From the NCBI RefSeq assembly GCF_009914755.1, contig NC_060947.1: a stretch of DNA of 64,000 bases; one strand, written 5' to 3'. A model generated the notes under the pieces. That model was not told the origin of the DNA. It saw only the letters and a list, made by a program, of their open reading frames with translations, and made no database searches. Positions within the stretch are counted from its first letter, which is position 1. The number at the start of each line of letters is the position of its first letter. The translations under genes were made by a program, and so were the position numbers. Source of the stretch: the human T2T-CHM13v2.0 reference genome, Homo sapiens. Positions 22,766 to 41,914 of the stretch are shown piece by piece.

Positions 22766-23169
22766 GATGTTTTCTTTTTAACAATTAAATTTTTTCTTTG
22801 CAGCTTAAGCCAGCATTCTGGTTTGTTGGTTTGAGATAGTGGCTAAAGGTCCTTTCTCTTCTTTCATTTTATTGCCTTTTGGTTACCACAGACACAATAG
22901 TTCTTTTTACCCCAGTCCCATTTTCCCCCGATATCATTCTGGATAACTGAGCTGGTAGTGTACATTGTTCTCTTAAATCCCCTAAATCCGTTTTATTTTG
23001 GTAGTTAAATATGACTCTTCAAAGATAACAGACAATAGAGGGTTCAGGGAATGATTCTTATATACATGTTTTCTTAGACATTTTCTTCTTGTGCTATTGG
23101 TATAGAGGTACAAAATATAACTATATATATACTTAAATATACTTATGTAGTATATTTATACTTAGCTGG

Positions 23170-23509
23170 TGTATTAGTTCATTTTCACACTGCTGATAAA
23201 GACATACCCAAAACTGGGAACAAAAAGAGGTTTAAGTGGACTTACAGTTCCGCATGGCTGGGGAGGCCTCAGAATCACGGCGGGAGGCGAAAGGCACTTC
23301 TTACATAGCAGCAAGAGAAGAATGAGGAGGAAGCAAAAGCAGAAACCCCTGATAAACCCATCAGATCTCATGAGACTTATTCACTATCACGAGAATAGCA
23401 TGGGAAAAACAGGCTGCCATGATTCAATTACCTCCCCCTGGGTCCCTCCCACAACTGGGAGATACAATTCAAGTTGAGATTTCAGTGGGGACACAGCCAA
23501 ATCATATCA
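23170..23509 (-). mobile_element. THE1 (MaLR) solo LTR
   Basis: TG...CA ends, THE1 consensus motifs, 5-bp TSD GCTGG. Confidence 0.9.
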
Positions 23510-23617
23510 GCTGGTCATTATTAGTATGGTACATTTTGCCTTAGAGAATCTGCAGCAATCATTAATGAGGCATACAACAATAAGCATATAATGGATATGT
23601 TTTTATTCCTAAGAAAA

Positions 23618-26228
23618 TGTTTTAGGGGGTCCTGAAGACTACCCACATGTTTGGTGACTCACTAGAAGGACTCGTGGGACTGGGCATACAGATGCATACA
23701 TGGGTAGGCTACAGAAAGGATGCCCACAGGATCAGTGAGGGAAAAAGACAGGTGGAGCCTGGAGAAATCCAGGCGCAGCCTTCCTATGTTGTTCCCTCCC
23801 ATTAGAGAGCACACTGAGTATGCTTCTTTCTCCAGCAGTGAGAAATGCAGTAATAAATATGCAATGTTCTGCCCAGGGAAGCCCGTTAGAGATTTCAGCA
23901 TCCAAGGTTTTTATGGGGAGTAGTCACATAGGCACCCTCTGCCTAGCAACTACAAAATTCCAGACTCCCCAAAGGAAAGCAAGTATCGACCATAAATCAC
24001 ATTGTCTGTACAGTCTAGGCATAGCAAACCAGTCTACATCAGTCAGGAAATGACTAAATGCCAAATTCCCAGATGCAAACCAAGGGCCAACCTGGCAAGC
24101 AGGCTTTTTTTTTTTTTTTTTTTTTAATTGATCATTCTTGGGTGTTTCTCACAGAGGGGGATTTGGCAGGGTCATAGGACAATAGTGGAGGGAGGGTCAG
24201 CAGATAAACAAGTGAACAAAGGTCTCTGGTTTTCCTATGCAGAGGACCCTGCGGCCTTCCGCAGTGTTTGTGTCCCTGGGTAGTTGAGATTAGGGAGTGG
24301 TGATGACTCTTAACGAGCATGCTGCCTTCAAGCATCTGTTTAACAAAGCACATCTTGCACCACCCTTAATCCATTTAACCCTGAGTGGACACAGCACATG
24401 TTTCAGAGAGCACAGGGTTGGGGTTAGGGTCACCGATCAACAGGATCACAAGGCAGAAGAATTTTTCTTAGTACAGAACAAAATGAAAAGTCTCCCGTGT
24501 CTACCTCTTTCTACACAGACATGGCAACCATCCGATTTCTCAATCCTTTCCCCGCCTTTCCCCCCTTTCTATTCCACAAAACCGCCATTGTCATCATGGC
24601 CAGTTCTCAATGAGCTGTTGGGTACACCTCCCAGACGGGGTGGTGGCTGGGCAGAGGGGCTCCTCACTTCCCAGTAGGGGCGGCCGGGCAGAGGCGCCCC
24701 TCACCTCCCGGACGGGGCAGCTGGCCGGGCAGGGGGCTGACCCCCCCACCTCCCTCCCGGACGGGGCGGCTGGCCGGGCAGAGGGGCTCCTCACTTCCCA
24801 GTAGGGGCTGCCGGGCAGAGGCGCTCCTAACCTCCCGAACGGGGCGGCTGGCTGGGCGGGGGGCTGACCCCCCCACCTCCCTCCCGGACGGGGCGGCTGG
24901 CCGGGCGGGGGGCTGACCCCCCCACCTTCCTCCCGGATGGGGCGGCTGGCCGGGGGGGGGACTGACCCCCCCCACCTCCCTCCCGGACGGGGCGGCTGGC
25001 CGGGCAGGGGGCTGACCCCCCCACCTTCCTCCCGGACGGGGCGGCTGGCCGGGGGGGGGACTGACCCCCCCCCACCTCCCTCCCGGACGGTGCGGCTGGC
25101 CGGGCGGGGGGCTGACCCCCCCACCTCCCTCCCGGACGGGGCGGCTGGCCGGGCGGGGGGCTGACCCCCCCACCTCCCTCCCGGACGGGGCGGCTGGCCG
25201 GGCGGGGGGCTGACACCCCCACCTCCCTCCCGGACGGGGCGGCTGGCCTGGCAGGGGCTGACCCCCCACCTCCCTCCCGGATGGGGTGGCTGCCGGGCAG
25301 AGACGCTCCTCACTTCCCAGACGGGGTGGCTGCCGGACGGAGGGGCTCCTCACTTCTCATATGGGGCAGTTGCCAGGTGGAGGGTCTCCTCACTTCTCAG
25401 ATGGGGCGGCTGGGCAGAGACGCTCCTCACTTCCCAGACGGGGTCGCGGCCGGGTAGAGGCGCTCCTCACATCCCAGACGGGGCGGCGGGGCAGAGGCGC
25501 TCCCCACATCTTAGACGATGGGCGGCCGGGCAGAGATGCTCCTCACTTCCTAGATGGGATGGCGGCTGGGAAGAGGCGCTCCTCACTTCCTAGATGGGAT
25601 GGTGGCCGGGCAGAGACGCTCCTCACTTTCCAGACTGGGTAGCCAGGCAGAGGGGCTCCTCACGTCCCAGACGATGGGCGGCCAGGCAGAGACGCTCCTC
25701 ACTTCCCAGACGGGGTGGCGGCCGGGCAGAGGCTGCAATCTTGGCACTTTGGGAGGCCAAGGCAGGCGGCTGGGAGGTGGAGGTTGTAGCGAGCCGAGAT
25801 CACGCCACTGCACTCCAGCCTGGGCACCATTGAGCACTGAGTGAACCAGACTCCGTCTGCAATCCCGGCACCTCGGGAGGCCGAGGCTGGTGGATCACTC
25901 GCAGTTCGGAGCTGGAGACCAGCCCGGCCAACACAGCGAAACCCCGTCTCCACCAAAAAAATACGAAAACCAGTCAGGCGTGGTGGCGCGCGCCTGCAAT
26001 CGCAGGCACTCGGCAGGCTGAGGCAGGAGAATCAGGCAGGGAGGCTGCAGTGAGCCGAGATGGCAGCAGTACAGTCCAGCTTCGGCTCGGCATCAGTGGG
26101 AGACCGTGGAAAGAGAGGGAGAGGGAAAGGGAGAGGGAGAGGGAGAGGGAGAGCGAGAGCTAGAGCTCGCAAGCAGGCTTTCTAAAGATAGTAGCCTCAG
26201 ATCTGCTATGTTAATTCTTTTCTGCACT
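23618..26228. mobile_element. MER21-like LTR interrupted by the SVA
   Basis: GCCAAATTCCCAGA..CAAGGGCCAACC..GCAAGCAGGC|TTTCTAAAGATAG..TGCTATGTTAA..CTTTTCTGCAC is continuous across the SVA. Confidence 0.65.
24105..26168 (-). mobile_element. Full-length SVA retrotransposon
   Basis: PolyT to 24125, SINE-R to ~24610, GC-rich VNTR ~24630-25720, Alu-like region, (CCCTCT)n at ~26115-26168. TSD GCAAGCAGGCTTT at 24095-24107 and 26169-26181. Confidence 0.96.
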
Positions 26229-26775
26229 GTCTTTCCTGATGGTCCTTGGCCACAGTGTCTTTGCAATAATATTATCATCAGTAGGAGTCCATGGAACAGG
26301 GTGAGACCAACCTGCAGTATTGACCTTAGTCATGCCATCCATGGGTCCTGAACTGAGCCAGTTAAAGCAAATCTTATTAACCACAAGGTCTAGCCTAAAT
26401 TTCTATATTATCCCCCTTTAAAAAAAAAGGCTAGCCTGAGGCATCAATAGGCATAGCACAATTCTGGCCAGTATGTAGAAGCTGAACTGAATGCCTTCCA
26501 GGGCTGAGGCAATGTTATGATAGCCTGCACACATTAAAAGTCCCAATCCCAGAGGGCACATGTGGTATCCCTGGAAACAAAGAGTTGACAATTGTTAGGA
26601 TACCCCAAGCAGGACATACATTACATATTTTATTAAATTTCTTATAAAAGGTTCTCTTTTATTCCTTTTAATCCATTATTTTATGGAGCTTATCTTGTGT
26701 TCTTGTTATAACTGCTAACCCATTTATGGTTAAAATTTCATCTGAAAAGTCATTTTTTTCTACTTCTTTTTACAG

Positions 26776-26944
26776 GATTATCATTGGTGGTGGCGATTTT
26801 TAACCAGAAGCTTTATAGCTGTTTATCTTTTTACGTATGCAGTTCATTACTTCTCTGCCAAACTTCAAATCACAGAAATTGCGAGCTCTATTTTGTACTT
26901 TGGGTACATGATGATCATTGTGTTGATTTTCTTCCTTTTCATAG
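26776..26944 (+). pseudogene. TM9SF5P: TM9SF5P exon (169 nt)
   Basis: DYHWWWRFLTRSFIAVYLFTYAVHYFSAKLQITEIASSILYFGYMMIIVLIFFLFI; one codon shorter than the TM9SF2 WRSFL motif; splice sites intact. Confidence 0.9.
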
Positions 26945-28085
26945 GTAACTACAGAATTACTCAGTATATTTCAGACTCTCTTAAGAGTCTTGGAGATAGC
27001 CATAATGTAATAAACATCAATTAACAATTAGTGGAAGGAAAAGGGAACAAAGTCATCATGTTCATTTTTATGCATTGCAGATAAAAGATTGCAAAGCTGA
27101 GGGACCTGGGGGGACCTTATGTACTTAGCTACAAGACTGTCCCTTGTGAATGTTTTAAAACAGGGATATGTTCCAAAGCACAGAAAGGGTTATGTGTAAT
27201 CACCTTTGAACAGCCTCCAAGCATAAAAAATAACCTACTTGAATAACTTTCAAATTAGTAAATTAGATTAATTAAATATGTCATCATATAAGCAATTATA
27301 TATGAAGGACAAGATGTATACTTCTCAGGATTATTCGTTTGGGGTTGTTACTTGGATTCATATGTGATGGGAACTTCTGTCTAGATTGATGCTTGAAGCA
27401 GGTGGAAAAAAATGGAATGTTTTATAAAATGCTCCACTTGGAGAAATAATGAAGTTGGAGAGCTCTGGGACCTTCTGAACTCAAGCAAAGTAGCATTTCT
27501 GTCTGTGTCATGTCAAGTTCTGGCTTTAACTCAAGTCATATCACTTGCATAGGTCAGATTGGAAAGTTCAAGGATTTTCTCTGATTTTAACTCTCAGGTT
27601 CAACAAATATATAAAAATAAACAATGGACATTTGTTAAAAATCAAGACATTCAGACAAATGTAAACATTATCTGAGAAACCCGGCATCTTGGTGGTGGTT
27701 CCTTTTTCTATGTAATATCTAAAATATATATGACCTCTTATGTACTACTGGTCTCAACTGCTCAGTAAAGAAGAGACCATGTAGTCCCACTCTAATCTCT
27801 CAGCCACCAGCAGTTCTATTTAAAACTGAAGGCCTAAGAGCTTCTCACCATTCTAGTCCAAGGAGTAGGCTCCTTATGCTTTAAAAAAAAAAACAACTTT
27901 TAATTGAAGCATGTGGACGGAAATGCGCATGTATCATAAGTGTACAGCTTGATGAGTTATCACAAAGTGAACACACCTTTGTAACTAGCACCCCCACCAA
28001 TAACCAGTACATGATTATCAGCCCTGAAGCCACTGTTGGACTTACTTCCACTTGCTTTCCACAGGGCACCCACTATCTTGACTTG

Positions 28086-29081
28086 GCTCTAAAAGGGAGA
28101 GTGTAGGAAGGAAAGATTGATACGCTGATAAAAACTAGAGTTAAGTGACAGGAAGAGGAGGGAAAGCAAGAAAAAGCACAGAATGGTACAAGGGGAATCA
28201 TCCAAATGATGTTGAAATGATTTCACAGAATAGGTATGGAATGGTGTTAAAGATGCAAAAGAGGGTGAAGACCAGGGAAAGGCCATTCAATTTTGCAAGA
28301 ATCACCCTTTGAGAGGCAGTGTTCAATGTGGCGTGAACTGCTGCTGCCTGTTTTTTGAGGTCTTTCTGCACAAAGTGCAGAAAGAGGCTGGTCACCTCAG
28401 CCCGTAACAGAATAGATTAATTTGGCCCATCTTTGAGTTGTATGTAAATAGATTTACGAACACCACATAATAATACTCTTTTCTGTCTGATTTCTTTCGT
28501 GGCTGGTTTCTTGCCCTTTATATTGCTTGCGAGAGCCCTCCACATCACTGTGTGTAGATGTGTAGTGTCTTTTGTTTTGGATCCTCCTCCTACCTTGCCC
28601 AGTGAGTAACTAGCTTTTATATTTGTGTAGTATGCAGGTTGGATGTATGCAGCACAATTTCAGACTTACGTTTTCCTCATTATCTAACACTTTGACTCAG
28701 GTTGCCTTTTTCTGGGAGTCTTATATTACAACAGCTTCTTTTAAAACAGATGTACTCTTGAATGGTCACATTGTCTACAAAAATCTTTTTCTGTTCTTGG
28801 CTCCAGCATCTGCATTCTAGATTCTGTCACCACACCACATTGAACACTGCCTCTCAAAGGGTGATCTCTTACCAAATTAAATGACTTTTCCTAGTCTTTG
28901 CCTTCTTTGATTTCTTTAGTTAATACCACTCAACATCTATTTTGTGAAGTCATTTTAACATCGTTTGGATGATTCTTGTACCACTCTGTGTCTTTTCTTG
29001 TTTTCCCTCCTCTTCCTGTCACTTAACTCTAGCTTTTATCAGTATTTCATTACTTCCTTTCTATACTCTCCCTTTTAGAGC
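28086..29081. repeat. Inverted repeat with ~250-bp arms (28086-28335 and 28831-29081)
   Basis: Arm ends match: GCTCTAAAAGGGAGAG, and ATCACCCTTTGAGAGGCAGTGTTCAATGTGG (34 of 35 over the terminal block). Confidence 0.9.
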
Positions 29082-29340
29082 TGATTCAGTCCCATGGCTT
29101 CACTTATCTCCTCAATGCTGACTGCTCCCCAACCTGTATTTCTAACCATAGTCTCTATCTGGCTGAATTCTGAACATTTCCATGTCCCACTGGTACTGCA
29201 AACTCACCATGCTCCCAAAATGAAGTTAGCACTTCCTTCTCTACAAACTGACTTATCTTAATTTCTTTCTCTCTTTGACTATCATCACTAATCTCTGATC
29301 TCCTTGACCTATTTTGAATAAATTCTTAACATAGCCCTTC

Positions 29341-29707
29341 TGTATTAGCCCATTCTCACGCTGCTGATACAGACATACACGAGACTGGGTAATTTATAAA
29401 GGAAAGAGGTTTAATTGACTCAGCTCTGCATGGCTGGGGAGGCCTCATGAAATGTACAATCATGGTGGAAAGGGAAGCAAACACGTTCTTCACATGGCAG
29501 CAGCAAGGAGAAGTGCAGAGTGAAGTGGGAGAAAAGCCCCTTATAAAACCATCAGATCTCATGAGAACTCACTATCAGGAGAACAGCATGGAGGTAACCA
29601 CCACCATGATTCAATTACCTCCCACTGAGTCCCTCCCATGACACATGGGAATTATGGGAACTACAATTCAAGGTGAGATTTGGGTAGGACACAACCAAAC
29701 CATATCA
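29341..29707 (-). mobile_element. THE1 solo LTR
   Basis: TG...CA ends, 5-bp TSD CCTTC. Confidence 0.9.
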
Positions 29708-29891
29708 CCTTCCATGATTGATAGTAATCAATCATAACTTCCCTATTTATTCTTCTTAGAAACCTCTTGTTGCCATTTATTCCTTTTTTTCATACTCCTA
29801 CAGTCTTTATCCAGGCCTTTATTTCTTTGTCCTTGGATCATTGCAATAGCCTCTTACTTGGTTTGCTGAACTCTAGTCTCTGGAGTTCTTT

Positions 29892-33394
<3,503 letters not shown>

Positions 33395-33672
33395 TCCAAG
33401 ATTACTTTTAACAGGTCAACTCATATTTACAGAATGCTTACACTGTGCTGGACACTGTGTAGGTGTTGGGAACACAGTGGTGAAGAAGACAGATAAGGTT
33501 CCCTGTTTTTATGGACCCTTCTAGTGGAAGGGAGACATATTAAAGAAAAATTGTGGGTTTGGTGAGCTTTGTGAAATAAGTGATGTTGAAGAAGAGGTGG
33601 ATGGTCAAGTGTTCCAAGCAGAGGTGGCAGCATGTTTGGAAGTCCTTAGTGGGAAGTAGTTTGACATCTTCA

Positions 33673-34025
<353 letters not shown>

Positions 34026-34162
34026 GAGAAGAGAAAGGGTGGGAGGGAAGCAGGCAGGAAGGAAAGGAAAGAAACAGATCTTATGAGGATCTTGTAAATG
34101 ATATTAAGGAATTTGTTTTATTGTGGGAGTGATGGGAAGTTGAAGGGTTTAAACAGTGTAAT

Positions 34163-34465
34163 AGGCCGGGCACAGTGGCTCATTTCTATAGCCCCGGCAC
34201 TTTGGGAGGCCAAGGCAGGCAGATCACTTAAGCCTAGGGGTTTGAAACCAGCTTGGGCAACATGATGAAACCTTGTATCTACAAAAAATATATTAAAAAA
34301 CATAACCAGGAATGGTGGTGTGTGCCTGTGGTCTCAGCTACTCAGGAAGTGGTTGGATCATTTGAGCCCAGGAGATCAAGGCTGTAGTGAGCCAAGATGG
34401 TGCCACTGCACTCCAGCCTGGGTGACAGAGCAAGACCCTGCCTCAAAAATAAAATGAAAATAAAA
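34163..34465 (+). mobile_element. AluJ
   Basis: Diverged dimer. Confidence 0.85.
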
Positions 34466-34627
34466 CAGGGCGATAATGCCATTTTCCCTATTCAAAAATT
34501 GTAATAGCATCATATTTCTTCCTCCGTCAAGGTCTAAGCTCACCTTGGTGTTGGGAGCTTCCATAATGTGGTCTTGCTCGTTATTCAGTGTGTTTTCTAA
34601 GCCTCTGAAAGATGAACTACTCACTAA

Positions 34628-34948
<321 letters not shown>

Positions 34949-35533
34949 ATTTCCTGACTTTTTTAGCATGTTTCCCCAACTAGATCGGCATCTCCTTGAG
35001 AGCAGGGACTACACTGTATGCCTATTTTGTGTCCTTCAGAGTGCTAAGCCCATATTCTTCTTGACTTCATAGAGTATGGAAGAGAGGAGATAACATCATG
35101 GGATCATTTTTGCCCATCAGTTTTAAAATTAAATCATGGGTATGAGAAACCTCCAAAGTAAATTCTGGGTACCGTTCATATCACACACACAAAATAAAGA
35201 ACTGTGATTTTGACATCTGTTTTCTAGAACTGTCCTTTAAGAAGTTGTCTTCTTACAGACTCTTAAATGGCATTTCTTTATATTTTATCATTATATGTTG
35301 AGGTTCGTAGCAGGAAGCAAGGCTTATTACCTATTTTCATGTTTCACTTGTGAGGAAGAAGTCCTTAATTAAATAATTAGGCTTGAGAATATAGATGTAC
35401 ATAAAAGTACAATTATTAATTTGTGATTACCCTTTCTTCCTGTGGACATTTTTAAAATTAGCAATACTTACTCATTTAAAACATGCTGAGGAACTTCACA
35501 CTTATTCATGCTTATTGATTCAAACTTATTTAG

Positions 35534-35940
<407 letters not shown>

Positions 35941-36556
35941 TGCTATTGATATCTGTCACCTTTCAATATTGAGTATTGTGACTGTAGGAAGACACTTTGT
36001 TTATATAGTAAGTACTTTTCCATGTTGCAATATACCCTTCATATTTATCATGTTTATGGCTGCATATTGGGCAGATTACTTTGCTGAACCATTTCTTCAC
36101 TATTGAACTTGTTTTTCTCCCCCATTTTGGATTATTTCCTTAAGATAGTCTGTGAAGTGGGATGACAGGGTCAAAAAAACATGAATTTTTTTTTAATGCC
36201 TTTCTGCTGTGACCTTGCCTGGCATTGGGTATTATTTTTAAAAAGAAAGAAAAAGCAGTTTTCTTTTTTGTTCATGCAGCATGTCTCAAATGGCACCCCA
36301 TTGTTTTCTTCCTCTTGGTTTTGGAGCAAAAGGAAGTGATACATATTCTGGCTGGTGTTCCTCTACCCAATTTTTATTTGGTAGCACACTTACAGATGTG
36401 TAATGAAAAGTCGAAATATGACTCAAGGGACAGGAATAGGGAGGATAAACCACAGCATACCAAGAAAGGGTACCAGGAGTGAAATTTTATATTTTTATAG
36501 ATAAATGCAAATGAATTTCAATTAAGGTTGGATGACTTGCCCCAAATCCTAATTAG

Positions 36557-37061
<505 letters not shown>

Positions 37062-37271
37062 GGAGGATAGTGATTTTTTATTTGATTCAGGATTTTGTTT
37101 TAGATATCAACAAATGAGTTAAAATCTTAAAGTGAATTAAAATAATATATTTCTATTTTGATATAATGGACTTAAGATCAAAATAATCAATTAAGATCTA
37201 ACACTTGGGTTTCCTTGTCTTAAAGCCTCAAAGCTGTCTAGTACTATAATAATGGAATTTGTAGTTAATTA

Positions 37272-37656
<385 letters not shown>

Positions 37657-37681
37657 TTAGCTGCAGTCTCTTATTCTAGAG

Positions 37682-37897
37682 CAGTGGTTCTCAACTGCGG
37701 CAATTTGCCCACTACCCCAGGGAACATTTAGCACTGTATAGAGACATTTTTGATTGTCATGACTGGGAGGATACTAATGACATGTAGTGAATAGACATCA
37801 GGGACACCACCAAATATCCCACAGTGTGCCGGACAGCTTCCACAACAAAGAATTATCTGGCCTAAAACGTCAATAGTGCTGCTGTCAAGAAATCCTG
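37682..37897. mobile_element. MER20 DNA transposon
   Basis: CAGTGGTTCTCAAC start; ACAACAAAGAATTATCTGGCC..AAA.GTCAATAGTGC. Confidence 0.8.
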
Positions 37898-39805
37898 GTC
37901 TAGAGTGAGCCATTTTTGAACCTTACATTTACTTGGGAGTTAATGCTATTTTCAGAATACATTTTTGATCATTTTGAGAGATTATGTCGAGAGTCTGAGA
38001 CCCTGTACCACCAATCACTGGGCAGTGACTGAAGCCAGTGTGTTACAAAGAGATTTTAAGACCCAGAAGTATTAGCCAAATGAAGAGTGCTTTTCTGTTG
38101 GCTTTCTCACTGTCTGTGCTTTGAATATATTTTTATTCATTAAAAGAAGCTAATGAAGTTCAGTATATTTTGGGACAGTCTACTGTGTAATATTTTATCA
38201 CTAAATTAAAGAAGATTTCATGTTTTCACACAGAACAAGATGAAATATACTGAAGGAAATGTCCAATTATCTTAACACACAAATGTTAGCTATAAGGGGC
38301 CTTTTGTGTTTTATTATACCAAGTTGTTGCTAGCTCTACCTTATTAAAATCTTCAGTTTTAAAGGCTGAAAGATCAAAAAGAGATAAAAATGTATTAATG
38401 CTGATTGTTAACCAACCAGTAAGTATTTATTAAGCATCTTCTATGGGCTTGGTAACATATTAATTGAGAATAAGGAAACATTAAGATATAATACTATTTT
38501 TATTGAGTTGATTATGTGCCAGCTATTTGCACACATTTATCTCACTTAATTTTTACAATTGCCAACTGAAGCCCAGAGAGATTGACTTGTTCACAGTCAC
38601 TCAGCCAGTAAGTGGTAGAGCCATGATTCATTCAAACCTAGGTTTGTCTGACCTCAAAGCTCATTCTTTCAAAGTACAACTCTCTATGTCCTCCTCAAGA
38701 GGCACTTTCTCGAGCTAGAGCCAAACCAACAACTAAAGGGTGCCTCCAAAATCTGCTCTGTAGTCCTCTATTTGACCAAGTGGACTGCTCTTAACTGGGG
38801 GAACTAAGACTGGTGCATGTAAAGCAATACAATATCACCCTCAGGAATAAAGGATGACAATAGAATATCTCTGGTCTTTCCCATGCCCCTTCAACCCTTC
38901 TTTAAAAAAAACATCCTTTCTGTTTTACTACATGATTCTGGGATACAGGGAGTCAAGGCTAGTGTAACCTCTGGAATAATTCCATTACGTTCTTAATTCC
39001 AGTTTATTTTGATCTCAGTTTACATTTATGGACCGAAGAAAGTGGTAGGTTCTGTAGGAGAACAGGACACAGTCATCCCTATTCTCAAGGATACAGAAAA
39101 CTTCTGGGTCCTGTTCTTTTACTCAGTGCAAGTAGTTATAGACTAACTATGGGCCTTGTGGTGTTCAGTATTCTTCGAGTTTTGAGTATCATACTAAAAA
39201 GTTTCAACAGAAAGTCTCCTCTTAAAGAGGTGTTCTATTCCCCCAGAGGTAATCAGAAGCTGCATTCTCTGGCATTCTTGTGTTGTGCATTTCACGTCCT
39301 CTGGCATCTCATGACTGGGTTGGTCTCTCTACCTTTTCCTGTCTAACTGCTGCTTGTTTTTTGAGGTCTTTCTGCACAAAGTGGTTTCTGGTCACGTCAG
39401 CCCATATTGATATCTTTCCTAGAACAATCAAGGGCAGAATCGGCTTTGACTCCTATCTGCTATTTATTGGGTATGTATTATAAGGCAAGTCACTTCACCT
39501 CTTTGAGCCTCCATTTCCTTGTGGAATGCGGAAAATAATAGTACCTGCCTCAGAAAAGCACAACTGAATGTCATCACACATGTGAAGCCTGTAACTCAGA
39601 GACAGGCATATAATTTAGTAAAAGCCAATTATTATCATCATCTTCTTGAAATACAAATTTGATTGTCTTATTCTCTGGCTTATGTATCTTCACTGGCTCC
39701 CAGTTGCCCACATGGTCAAATCCAAACTTCTTAACTTGGCATGCAATATCTGGCCCCCTTATCTACTCTTGCAGTGTTTTCTCCTATAAAAAAAAAAAAA
39801 AATTA

Positions 39806-40163
<358 letters not shown>

Positions 40164-41099
40164 TCACTGCAGCCTCGAGCTCCTGGGCTCAGATAATCCT
40201 CCCACTGCAGCCTCCCAAGTGCCAAGGAGTAGAGAGGCATATATGCCCTCTTTAGTGCTCCCTTAATTGTCTATCTTACACTTTTAATGCTGCAATCCCT
40301 CTGTCATGGTTCTTACTGTTCCTTAAAACTGCCAGGGCTTTGAGTGTTTTTTTAGGCCTTTATGGGAACTTTATTCCTCTCTCTGGAATAGTAGTCTCCA
40401 ATCCTCAAATGTGTCTGAACCCAGCTTTATAGAACTTTACTCTATGATGCCTGCTCCAAAGTCCCACCATTCATTCATTCAGTAAGTACATATTGAACGT
40501 CAACTGTGTGCCAGGCTCTGCTGTAGGTACTGGGGTTTTAGTGGTGAGCAAAACTATAAAGGGATAAAAATCCTGATCCTCATGGAGCTTACATTGCTAA
40601 GCAGTTAATTTAAATACTTCAGTTTAACAAATATGCATTGTCCACCTACAATGTGCCCAACACTATGCTAAGCACTGGGGGCATAAGATTAAAGACTTAA
40701 TTCCTAGCCTGAAGGCTATAGTCTTAAGAGAGAAGACCCTTAAATGGGTCATCTCCATGCATGGCAGTGCAGAACCTGATACATTGAAGCCCAGGGTTTT
40801 GTGAAAGCACAGAGGAGGGCACTTAGCTCACTTGGGGAGAGTGAAAGAGGGAAGGAAAGACTTTTCTCTAGAAAGTGATAGAGATGTGTCTTATGTTTTG
40901 AGGGAAGACTGAATCTTAAAAGTAGAAGGTAAAGTTGACAACTGAGCAAGGCATGGCATATAAATATCTCTAGATAACTTGGGGTTGCTGGAGTTTAAAA
41001 TTTTAAGGTGTAAACTGGCAGGAACAAGGCCTGAAGGAGTAGGTCATGACCTGACCCTGGGGGGCCTTGTGTGCCAACACTAAGGAGTTGTAATTACTT

Positions 41100-41421
<322 letters not shown>

Positions 41422-41567
41422 TAAAGCTTGGACGTGCATCAGATTCACTTGCGGCAATTATTTAACATCAACTAAAACCAATAAATCTGATGTCCAGGGA
41501 CTATCCAAGAGCCTATGGGTCAGAATCCCTGTTGATCTGTATTTCTAATGGCTTAACCAGTTCCTAA

Positions 41568-41914
<347 letters not shown>

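Noticed and set aside
24594-25353. 229-239 aa Pro/Gly-rich ORFs and an array-like repeat
   Set aside because: SVA VNTR translations; not a gene and not CRISPR.
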